A DNA stretch of 35,572 bases. Source: Macrostomum lignano. Taxonomy: Eukaryota. The stretch spans positions 1 through 35,572 of the forward strand of contig NIVC01000743.1 of assembly GCA_002269645.1 (NCBI GenBank), read 5' to 3'. A program made the position numbers and the translations under genes. Positions 12,501-21,690 of the stretch are shown piece after piece. Within the stretch, counting starts at the first letter, position 1. Each line of letters begins with the position of its first letter. Below the pieces are notes generated by a model. It searched no databases and was not told the DNA's origin. It saw only the letters and a program-made list of their open reading frames with translations.

Positions 12501-15500
12501 CATGAAGGCGTAGTTGTAGTAGCAGTGGTCGTTGTGCTCGTCGTCGTGCTCGTCGTTGATGTCGACGTGGTGGGTGTAGTTGTCGCTGTTGATGTTGTCG
12601 TCGGTGTAGTCGCAGTCGTTGTTGTGCTCGTCGAAGTGGTTGGTGTTGAAGTTGTCGTTGAGGTAGTCGTCGTAGTACACGATACTGGCAGAGGAGTGAA
12701 ACAGGCCTCGATGGAAAGGAAAAACTGATACAACGAATCGCCTGAGGCTGCGCTTTTAAACTCTTTCGGAACAATTCTCAGCTCGGAAATGGGAAGCATT
12801 GGGTAGTAGCACAGCGGTGTAGCAGTGTCACTTGTATTGTACAGCGACTGCTCGAAGAAGTCCCAGTAGAGGGTGGAGCCTTGACGGATGATAAGATCAG
12901 CTCGTTTTACATTACCGCCGAACAGACAAATCTAAAACGGAACGCATCTGATTTTAGCATTTGAAATTGCTATTTTATTTAAATATCAAGAAAAGAACAA
13001 GTTACATACCCTATTAATTAGGATCGGTGTGCGGCAACCGGATACAGAAATGTCCACATAGACGCCTTCCACTGAGCCTCTGGGTACATTATATCCTGTT
13101 AACGGATTATAACTAGGAGCATTGATAGAAGAACTAGGAATCAAGACGCCGTTGAGTCCGTTCACCAAACAGGATGTTGTTGTCGACGGAGTGGTTGTAG
13201 TAGTGCTAGTTGCTGTTGTGGTCGATGTCGGCGTTGTGCTAGTAGTTGTGGGAGTTGTTGTTGTGGATGAAGTAGTCGACGTTGTAGAAGTCGTCGTTGT
13301 CGACGTCGTTACAGGTTGAGTTTGACAGGCTGTAGTTAGAGGCGCGAAACAGCCCTCAAGGCTCAGGAAGAATAAATAATTCGTTTCCAGCGACGAGCTG
13401 TTCAGTAGTGCGACTGGCGTGATTGCAATGCTAGATATGTTTGCCCCGAGAGTTATGCAAAGAGGAGTCAACGAAGACGAGACAGATACCAAATTGGATT
13501 CCAAGACAAGATCGAACCGACCGGTCGGATAAGTCGTCTGGGTAGACACCGTTACCTGCCTTACATTTCCTGTCACACAAACTCTCGTTAGGTATGTAGG
13601 AACAGGATTACATCCTCCAGCAGTCAAATCTATGATAAGATCTCGTCTCGGACTCACTGGCATCTCGTATCGACCAGTTACATAAGTGGCGCCGGTAATG
13701 GCCCAATCAGGTATGTACTTTCTATCACTAAGGCCATTGAGTGCTGGACAAATTGTAGGCTTGACAGTAGTTGTAGACGTTGTTGTCGTTGACGTTGTCG
13801 TAGGAGTTGTAGTTGTGCTGGTAGTTGTAGGTGTTGTAGTGGTTGTTGAAGTAGTCGTCGGTGTTGTGGTAGTGCTACTAGTTGTAGTAGGCGTTGTAGT
13901 TGTGCTTGTAGTACTCGAAGTTGGAGTGGTTGAAGTGGTAGATGTAGATGTTGAAGTGGAGGTTGTTGGTGCGACTGTGGTAGACGTCGTCGTTGGAGTT
14001 GTAGTGGTAGTAGGAGTAGTCGATGTCGATGTTGTTGGTGTAGTTGTGGTTGACGTCGTCGTGGGTGTCGTTGTCGTTGACGTCGTCGTGGGTGTCGTTG
14101 TTGTGGTGGTGGTTGTTGTAGTCGTAGTAGTGAGACAGCTGGCATTTAAGGCAGTGAAGCAGCCGTAGATATTCATATAAAATGTGAAATCTGATCCTGT
14201 TCCAGGAGTCATTGTCTGTGGCATCAGCTGCAAACCGGTGATGTCTCTGTTCACTTGAAGACAAAGCAGCCCGTTTCCACCCGTAACGGATGCAGGGAAA
14301 AGCACAAGCCTAGAATCCAGATTGTTCTGTACTGAAATCAGAGTCGTTTGCACATTTCCACCGAGACAGACGCTAAAAATTCGAATTGGCGCACGACATC
14401 CGCGAGCAGAGATATCCACCACAATAGAACCAAGTGGTTGAACAACGAATGCTCCTGCTCGATTAATAGATGCCCCAGAAATGTCTTGATCTGGTATAAA
14501 CTGCGCGCTTGTCATTCCGTCGACCACAGGACAGTCTAAAAATAATATTTTTACAGACAAATGATGATTATAACAAAAAACAATAAAATGAAACGAAAGG
14601 GTTAGATTTCTATTACTACTAATTCTTACAGGTCGTAGGTGTAGTTGTAGTAGTAGAAGTTGTTGTCGGTGTCGTCGGAGTAGTGCTTGTCGTTGTGCTG
14701 GGTGTCGTTGAAGTAGTTGAAGGCGTGGTTGTAGCTGTACTGGTTGTTGTAGGAGTTGTAGGGGTTGTTGTTGGTTCTTTTGTTGTTGTTGATGTTGTTG
14801 TGCTTGTTGTGCTTGAAGTTGGTGTTGTCGTCGGTGTAGTGGTTGTTGGGGTCGATGTCGTCGGTGTTGTTGTAGTCGATGTCGTTGGTGTTGTTGTGGT
14901 TGATGTTGTTGTTGAGGTTGTGGGAGTAGTTGTAGTTGACGTTGTTGATGTCGTCGTAGTCGTTGTAAGACAGGACGCGTTTAAGTTGCTGAAGCAGCCA
15001 TAGATCGATAAGAAGAAGTAGTAGGAACTTGCTGTCGTCTTTAATAGCTGCGGTTCTACCTGAACACTGATGACATCTCTGTTTACATCAATGCACAGAA
15101 TTTCTCCTTCCTTTGCAGTGAGCGTAGCCGAGTCAGGGATCAGGTAGGGAATCACGTCTGTGTTGAATCGCACCAGAACAAATGCTTGAGCAACGTTTCC
15201 AGCTATGCAAACCTAAAATTTAGGTTAGTGTGATATTATAGTCAATGATTGTGTCAGTTGGCAGAAATGCTGCTTTTTCTTACTCTTAGAACCCGAGTTG
15301 CGGGACGACAGCCTCTCGACGAGATGTCGACAATGACAGACGTTCTTTGCTGAAGTGTAAACGCTCCTGAGACTTGACGAGTGCTGTTACCGAATGTCGC
15401 AATGTCGATAGCGGGGATCATCGAAGGGTACAGCATACCATCGACGCTGGGGCAATCTGCGATTGAGCGCCAGATTTAGGCAATATTAAAATCTTATTTC

Positions 15501-18500
15501 TTATAGAGTCGATATACAAAGCCAAGTTAACAGGCCTAGTATGGTGTCCTTAAAGCATATGTACTAGTCCCTGTAGCGCTACACATTTAAACTAATTAGT
15601 TCGTAAAAGAAATAAAGCGTTGGTATGTATTTTTCTTTGCTAGAACTGTTTCTTTTTTTAGTTTTTAATTTATTATTCTTGTTTTGTGTTCTTTGAAATT
15701 CGTGCGTTGTTGTCGCAAGTACATTTTTTAGTTTGTCAACTGGTTGCTGGTATAGAATTTAACATATGCTCGTAATTTATTTAGATCTATTCTCTTGATG
15801 AAGAAAAAAACACTTTTATTTAGCAATTGATATCAATTTGATGTTTGTTTTATTATTACTACCAGTCATAGCAAAGCTACTGCAATATCTGATTCTAAGT
15901 TAAGGCTAAAGTTAAAGCAACGACATTAGGACTATCTAACCTAGTCAAAAACAATTTCGCAATCATATCTTATCAAAGGAAGAAGTCAGAAACTAGCAAC
16001 TCTATCGAAGTTAAGCGGCTATGCCGTAGGCCCCTGCAAAATCGTCAACTAATTTAAAGTATCTTTATTTCCTTTCTAACAACAAATACAGGCTGCTTGC
16101 TGAGAAAACTACATTTTATATGCTTTTAATAGCGTGACTCGGCTATAGGCGATAGGGTAACAAGAGGTTTCGGTGAATGTGACTTTGGCAAAAGAGGTTT
16201 TGGCGACTGGCTGATAAGTTCGTGATGCCTGTTACATAGGTGAATATAATATGCTCGCATTGTTCAACACTGCAGCTGACCATGCGTGGTCTACAGGTTG
16301 CGTGCGTTGGCTGGGATCTTGCAGGTCAGGAGTTCGAATTTTTGTGTACTTTTTTTAGTTTTTGGTGCTGACATATGACTGCAGGTTGCACAACCGATTA
16401 GTGGGTGTGGTAATTTTTTGAGTAGCATGTAAGTAGCAAGAAAATTTCAGTGCTACTAAACCTGTTGTGTATGGATGATCATATTGTTTGTCATTCAATC
16501 TGGTCCGAGTCGATCAATAAGTAACCATCTGCTTTTTAGGCTTTCCTTTTCGCTACAGTTTTAGGCTTTCCTTTTCGCTACAGTTTTAGGCTTGAAGAGA
16601 TTTAGTGTGCCCTGGGTCTGTACACAGGCATAAACTCGATGGTAGTGTAGGTTTGAGATGATCGCTGTTGTTAGCAGTTCAACAAACACAAATCTTATAG
16701 TTGACTAACCGCTACAGCGTGATACGTCCCGTTCGATAACTTTAGATACATGTAAAGCTCAAATGTCTAGAAATCAACTTACAGGTTGTACTCGGGGCTG
16801 TTGTAGTCGTACTTGTTGTTGGTGTCGTTGTAGTCGGCTTCGTTGTCGTGGTCGTCGACGTTGTTGTTGGAGTTGTTGATGTAGTTGTCGACGTCGACGT
16901 CGATGTCGTTGTTGGAGTAGTTGTAGTCGTCGAAGTGGTCGGTGTAGTGGTCGTCGTCGTTGAAGTCGTAGTCGTAGTCGGAGTCGTAGTAGTTATGGTA
17001 GTTGTAGGTGTGGTCGTCGATGTAGTAGTTGACGTAGTAGTCGTTGGCGCAGTGCAAGTGCTCGGCAGTGGTTCGAAGCAACCCTCAATGGTGACGGAGA
17101 ACCGGAAGTTTGTCGCAGCCGAATCATAAGACTTTACCAATTGAGGAGCGATTCTCACTGCCGATATGTTGAATCCGATCGAGTAGCAAAGCGAGTCAGC
17201 CATGGCGTCCCCGGTGGTGGTGAAAGATAGCTCAGAAAAGACCAGATTTGCAGTGACGCTTCTTTGCAAACGGATGTTGGCTTGTTTGATGTTTCCGTAA
17301 AGACAGATCTGAAATGCACCAGGTTGAGTTATGGTCGGGTATGAGCTACAATCGGACTCATCAGACATTTATGGTTATTAATAGTAACTGTCCGTATACC
17401 CTCTCAATGTAGACTGGATTTGGTCGGCAGTTTACGGCAGACAAATCAATGTCCATAAATCCGGACGCGGACCTTGAAATGCTGTATCCAAAGATAGGGT
17501 CAGACGAGACTCCGCTGATAGAGTAGGATGGAATGTAGGTATTGCTCGAAAGTCCATTTATTAGTGGGCAGACTGAAAAAGTGCGTAGTAGTTGAAGGTC
17601 GGTAAAAAAGTTGAAAAAAAATACCATCGAAAAATCGCGAAACAAGAAACTTACTCGTTGGCTTTGGAGTCGTAGTAGTTGTTGTAGTTGTTGTCGGAGT
17701 GGTGGTTGTTGGCGGTGTAGTAGTTGTGGATGTTGTTGGTTTGGTGGTTGTCGTTAACGTTGTAGCAGTCGTTGTGGGAGTGGTTGATGTCGTTGTAGTC
17801 GAGGTAGTGGAAGTCGTCGTTGTTGGCGTCGTTGTTGGCGTAGATTGAGTGGTGGTTGTCGTTGATGGTGTCGTCGTCGTAGTTGTCGTTGGTGATGTCG
17901 TCGATGTTGTTGTCGTAGACGTAGTTGTGGTAGGCGTAGTTGTGGTAGGTGAAGTTGTGGTTGATGTGGTAGTTGGAGTAATTGTTGTTGATGTTGTCAA
18001 TGTAGTCGATTTGGTGGTAGTAGACGTTGGGGTAGTGGTAGTGCTGGTAGTGCTTGTAGTTGTTGTTGGCGTTGTCAGACACACTGCGGAAAGCGGCAAG
18101 AAGCACGCGTTGATCGTGAGGTAGAACTGGTACTGGGTTTTGTTCGGTGCCGACGACTTGAACTCCAATGGAAAAATTCCTATCTTGGCCGCAACTAGTT
18201 TAATGTCGTAGCACAGATCTCCAACATCGCTCGATACGGATGCTGATCTCGGCACAGGGACGAATGGCCTATCGGATGTTTCACCGTACAAAATGTTGGC
18301 CCGTTTTACAGTGCCACTGATACAGATCTGAAAAAACAGTATATAGAATTAAATTTTCCACAAATAATAAAAAACGTTTTTTTACTTATATGAGTAACGA
18401 TTTGATCGACGAACTTACACTTTCAATTAGAATTGGGCTGCGGCAACTTCCCAGTACCAGGTCAATTTGCATGACGTCATTTTGGTAAACCAGCCAGCCG

Positions 18501-20824
18501 CGAAGTGGATCATTCGTTGCGTCTGCCACGGCAGTCGTCGGAATGTAGGAGTAGTCCGACATGCCGTTTACGATGCGACAGTCTAAAATTTTTATGGTTG
18601 ATTCGTAGGCTTCGCTTCTCATGTCATCAACGGCAGTATCGGATTTTTTTGTTGAGAAACTGCCACTTGGCTTTAGCGGCCTATTTTTCTAATATAAATT
18701 TCTTAGTTCCTAACACTGCACTCACAAGTCGTAGTGGTGGGCGTTGTTGTCGTGGTGGTTGTCGGCGTTGTGCTGGTGGTTGTGGTGGATGTCGTCGGAG
18801 TTGTAGTGGGTGTTGTCGGCGTCGTTGTAGTAGTAGTAGATGTAGTCGTCGGGGTCGTAGTAGTGCTGGTAGTGGTAGAAGTTGTAGTGCTTGTGGAGGT
18901 AGTTTGGCAGCTGTCATTAACCGGTGTGAAGCAGCCGTCGATGGTGAGGAATACCTGGTAGTTGGTGGCCGAGAGGGCTCCGGACTTCAGTGCGACTGGA
19001 TAAAAGGCAAGCCGAACCATCCTCGTATTCAGCTCATAGCACAGCCTGGCGCCAGTGACATCAGAAAACAGGGAGCTGGACGGCTCAAATGGGACGTAGC
19101 GGCTACTGGTGGTAGGCATGTACTTTACCAAGGCTCGCATCACGTTTCCAGTCATGCACAGAGTGTTCACAAAAATTTCAGTAGTTCGACAGCCATCGAC
19201 AATGAAGTCGAACTCCATCTGATCGTTGAAACTGATCAGAAAATCACCAGACATTCCCGGCCGTCCACCGGAGATGGATTTGTCCGGGATGTAAGACTTC
19301 TGCGACAGACCGTTCACGTAGTTGCAGACTGAAATTCGCAACATTGAGGGCGTGTTGGTGATGAAGCTCGAAAGATAACTGATAAAAATTTCGCTAGCAA
19401 ATAAAAGACATCTTATCATAAAAAAGTGCCAAACTCACCGGGCGTGGAAGTTGGCAGTGGCGTCGTCGTAGTTGAAGTCGACGTCGTGCTTGAAGTAGTT
19501 GTTGGCGTGGTTGTGGTCACGGTGGTGGTGGGAGTAGTCGGAGTTGGTGTTGTGAAGAAGTACTTGGTGGTGAGCGGCACGCATGAACAGAAGGGCTCGG
19601 CTGTTGTGAAGCCGGCGGCAGGCGTTGCCAGGACGGCCAAAACGGCTACTGCTGCGGCGATGCCTGTCGAAAGGTGATCGAAAATCAATGTGCTGCTTGT
19701 TGAATTTCATTAGCACTCGGCAAGGGGACCGAAGTACCAACAGGCGTTTTAACTCAGGCAATTTGGTCTAGGTACTCCAATGGTTATATGTGCAGTGTCT
19801 CTAAACTTAGTCGTTGCTAGTTACTAAAATGGTGGTCGTGAGTTTCCTAAGTACCAACCATTCAGTGGTGGTGATTTTCACGCTTTTTTAAAGTAAGTAA
19901 ACTTGGTCACTTCGTTACCGTTAATAGTATGTTATTGTCGATTGGACCGTTTGAACTCGAAAGTATATTAGGATACCTTTTCTGTAGCAGAAAACTAGAA
20001 ACGAAGTTATCAAGTCAATATTTTTTTCTCTATGATTCAGAGACCTGTTTTGTGAACAGAAAGAAGCTTATCTCCCCCCTACTGATAGTAGTCTTGCTAG
20101 AATCATATTTAAATATGTCCATTTTTGGCAGGTACAACAGTAGCAAAGATAAAAAATCAGCACATCCAGGCCACATAAGCAGTGAGTAAGCTTTTTCATC
20201 AGGGGGGGGGGGCGTAGCCCAGCGGTCTAGCGCAGGCTCTGGTGTGCCAGCGACCCAGGCTCGATTCCAAGTGCAGTCACATTAATTTGGGGCTGAATTG
20301 GAATCTCGGCTTGGCTCTGCTCGTGCAATTAACGGCCTTGAGAGCCAACCCCCCAAGGCGCAGTGAAGTGTACATGCCTAACGATAAAATAAAGTTAGGG
20401 CTGCTGTACACTCCTGTGTGAGTGTGTGCCTGCGTACGTATCCGCGCGCTTGTGTGCCTGCTCAGGGGAGTCGGTGGAATCCCTCTGCTTCTAATAAAAA
20501 AAAACATTTTTATCATTTTTGTGTAAAATTCAGTAATTCAATAATTAATATGCTCGTATTTGAATGAGTTTTACTATAAAGAAAAAAGGAGCTTTAAAGT
20601 AACAACTCATTTCGCATCGGTTCCAGTAAAAATCATGCAGGCTTTTATGAGCTCTAATGTACGCTATGATTTTTTTTGTTCAGTTGAAAATAAGCATATA
20701 CCGACCGTGAGCAGCGCTAAACGCATTTTATTTTTAAGGTCTACCAATTGTTAAAAGTATGAATAGCTTAAAATAGACGGGCCCTGGACTCACTCAGCAT
20801 TGCAGGTTGAGCAGAGATGGACAT
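3484..20824 (-). CDS. Giant multi-exon transmembrane mucin-like protein (~3,355 aa): SP - [6-Cys domain + PTS]x13 - SEA - TM - short cytoplasmic tail
   Basis: 24 hand-called GT-AG exons whose phases all match (CDS sum 10,068 nt, divisible by 3). Internal exons are well supported by the repeated motif. The first exon and the last two are less certain. Confidence 0.85.
3954..4597. repeat. (TCAC)n microsatellite, ~640 bp
   Basis: Near-perfect tetranucleotide run; it produces spurious THSL ORFs. Confidence 0.98.
5175..5256 (-). CDS. Mucin exon 23: end of TM and juxtamembrane tail ([27 protein letters not shown])
   Basis: Phase-0 acceptor cctgcag, basic residues right after the TM, GC3-rich codons. 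The donor (AG/GTTGGG) is weak. Confidence 0.7.
5661..5863 (-). CDS. Mucin exon 22: Ser/Thr/Ala stalk + transmembrane helix
   Basis: [43 protein letters not shown]; acceptor ttcacag, donor GTAAGC; phase 1-0. Confidence 0.88.
5957..7115 (-). CDS. Mucin exon 21: module 13 C-half + VNTR PTS + SEA domain
   Basis: LCLSGNV..IINGCF..C, then (TTTTPTT)n, then a ~105-aa region with [16 protein letters not shown], which fits the SEA pattern; donor GTGAGC; phase 0-1. Confidence 0.9.
6415..6846 (-). repeat. Coding 21-bp VNTR (~20 copies, TTTTPTT)
   Basis: Plus-strand unit GTAGTAGTCGGAGTGGTTGTG, almost invariant. Confidence 0.95.
7196..7368 (-). CDS. Mucin exon 20: module 13, N-half
   Basis: [24 protein letters not shown]; donor GTAAGC; phase 1-0. 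Confidence 0.88.
7456..7822 (-). CDS. Mucin exon 19: module 12, C-half + short PTS
   Basis: [28 protein letters not shown]; donor GTAAGT; phase 0-1. Confidence 0.88.
7913..8082 (-). CDS. Mucin exon 18: module 12, N-half (not in ORF track)
   Basis: Own translation: [56 protein letters not shown]; phase 1-0. Confidence 0.87.
8153..8786 (-). CDS. Mucin exon 17: module 11, C-half + PTS
   Basis: [25 protein letters not shown]; donor GTAAGT; phase 0-1. Confidence 0.9.
8876..9493 (-). CDS. Mucin exon 16: module 10 C-half + PTS + module 11 N-half
   Basis: [43 protein letters not shown]; phase 0-0. Confidence 0.9.
9605..9765 (-). CDS. Mucin exon 15: module 10, N-half
   Basis: [24 protein letters not shown]; phase 1-0. 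Confidence 0.87.
9882..10476 (-). CDS. Mucin exon 14: module 9, C-half + PTS
   Basis: [32 protein letters not shown]; donor GTAAGT; phase 0-1. Confidence 0.9.
10758..11480 (+). mobile_element. Solo LTR (723 bp) in a mucin intron
   Basis: Starts TGTTG, ends CAACA, flanked by TTAC on both sides (10754-10757 and 11481-11484). It is GC-rich within an AT-rich intron and has an internal AATAAA near 11202. Confidence 0.8.
11552..11721 (-). CDS. Mucin exon 13: module 9, N-half
   Basis: [17 protein letters not shown]; donor GTACGT; phase 1-0. Confidence 0.87.
11837..12236 (-). CDS. Mucin exon 12: module 8, C-half + PTS
   Basis: [26 protein letters not shown]; phase 0-1. Confidence 0.88.
12341..12931 (-). 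CDS. Mucin exon 11: module 7 C-half + PTS + module 8 N-half
   Basis: [41 protein letters not shown]; donor GTGAGT; phase 0-0. Confidence 0.9.
13010..14535 (-). CDS. Mucin exon 10: modules 5 and 6 complete plus module 7 N-half
   Basis: Single 1,526-nt open exon holding 2.5 domain copies and two PTS tracts; donor GTATGT; phase 1-0. Confidence 0.9.
14630..15212 (-). CDS. Mucin exon 9: module 4, C-half + PTS
   Basis: [26 protein letters not shown]; donor GTAAGA; phase 0-1. Confidence 0.9.
15284..15456 (-). CDS. Mucin exon 8: module 4, N-half
   Basis: [22 protein letters not shown]; donor GTAAGA; phase 1-0. Confidence 0.85.
16537..16593. repeat. 25-bp tandem duplication (TTTTAGGCTTTCCTTTTCGCTACAG, ~2.3 copies)
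   Basis: Read directly from the sequence. Confidence 0.85.
16783..17308 (-). CDS. Mucin exon 7: module 3, C-half + PTS
   Basis: [23 protein letters not shown]; donor GTAAGT; phase 0-1. Confidence 0.9.
17400..17572 (-). CDS. Mucin exon 6: module 3, N-half
   Basis: [23 protein letters not shown]; phase 1-0. Confidence 0.88.
17655..18327 (-). CDS. Mucin exon 5: module 2, C-half + PTS
   Basis: [25 protein letters not shown]; donor GTAAGT; phase 0-1. Confidence 0.9.
18419..18582 (-). CDS. Mucin exon 4: module 2, N-half
   Basis: [22 protein letters not shown]; donor GTAAGT; phase 1-0. Confidence 0.88.
18726..19328 (-). CDS. Mucin exon 3: module 1 (whole domain + PTS, no internal intron)
   Basis: [35 protein letters not shown] then Thr tract; AG/GTGAGT; phase 1-1. 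Confidence 0.9.
19439..19663 (-). CDS. Mucin exon 2: signal peptide core ([17 protein letters not shown]), CxC motif, short PTS
   Basis: Acceptor ctttcgacag, donor GTGAGT, phase 1-1, hydrophobic Ala/Val/Leu stretch. Confidence 0.85.
20202..20504 (+). mobile_element. tRNA-headed SINE-like element in mucin intron 1
   Basis: A-box TAGCCCAGCGG (20215-20225) and B-box-like GGCTCGATTCC (20258-20268) at tRNA-like spacing, then ~230 nt of body and an AATAAAAAAAAA tail. No canonical cloverleaf. Confidence 0.6.
20794..20824 (-). CDS. Mucin exon 1 (putative start: [11 protein letters not shown])
   Basis: ATG at 20824, 31 nt, phase-1 donor GTGAGT. It joins exon 2 in frame and completes a signal peptide. 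Confidence 0.55.
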
Positions 20825-21003
20825 CTCCAGTTTTGGTAGGAGGTAAGACGGACGGACGGCTGTCAGCCCGCTGTTGCGGCACGGCGACTGTTGCGTTTGG
20901 GGCGAAGAGACTTGCTGCGAAAGTCGCTGGAGCTGTTCTGCAGGGCGCGCCCGGTTCTTTCGTTTCGCGGTCGAAGCGGCTGGAGGCGGCGCGACGGGGC
21001 GAC

Positions 21004-21010
21004 TTAAATA
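21004..21010 (-). promoter_or_regulatory. Candidate TATA-like box (TATTTAA) of the mucin gene
   Basis: AT-rich heptamer in GC-rich context, ~180 nt upstream of the proposed ATG. Confidence 0.35.
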
Positions 21011-21556
21011 GGCGAGTTTCCAGCAGAGCTGCGGCTGTTCGCAAGTAGTCCAGGTGAAGCTCGTCCATCGGCTGGCTGCCTCTCCTCTCTCCCTCTCTCT
21101 CTCCATCGCGAGCCCCCATTGTTGCCAACCTCTAGAAGTTTCCAGTATTCTCTCTTCACGTTTCCAGTAGCGCGGGAGCCGAGGAGTGGTCACATTGTCA
21201 GAGAGACGCCCACACTCTGCTGTCTCAGCGATGGGTTTCAATGGCTGGCAAACCTTTTTTAGAGGGCTACCTTCAGTGTTCGTAAAAAGCATTCACTACA
21301 CAGTTTACCTCAGTAGTCATTAAACTCTTGCTTAAACCGCAGGAAGACCAGGCGGCATGGACTGGACAAAAAGCAGAAAGAAGGAAGACAATGTGCACTG
21401 CTTAAGTTCAATAGCAATGCCTGTTATGGACCATTGAGCATCGCTCTGCGTTTTTTTACGCTTACACTGCAGCATAGCGCTGCTTTAGCTCGGATATCTG
21501 TGGCCTGAAATGCGACAATATTCAAGTCTCACAACATTGAAAATATCACGCCACCT

Positions 21557-21690
21557 AAATCTCACCCTACATGAATCTCACCCTACATGAATCTCACCTT
21601 ACATGAATCTCACCGTTCATGAATCTCACGCAACCTGAATTTCCCTACATGAATCTCACCCTACGGGTGTCTCACCCTACGTGAAGTTAG
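21557..21690. repeat. 16-bp tandem array (TGAATCTCACCCTACA, ~8 degenerate copies)
   Basis: Read directly from the sequence. Confidence 0.85.

Noticed and set aside
5764-19677. Many plus-strand poly-Val ORFs and minus-strand His/Asn/Tyr- or Gln/Arg/Leu-rich ORFs
   Set aside because: They are antisense or off-frame readings of Thr codons in the mucin exons.
20213-20280. Functional tRNA gene
   Set aside because: I could not fold an acceptor stem or a 7-nt anticodon loop, and the B-box is mutated. Treated as a SINE head.
20790-21128. 112-aa minus ORF ending HLCSTCNAE, suggestive of a retroelement zinc knuckle
   Set aside because: No other RT or gag motifs are present. The region is better explained as the mucin promoter, 5' UTR and first exon.
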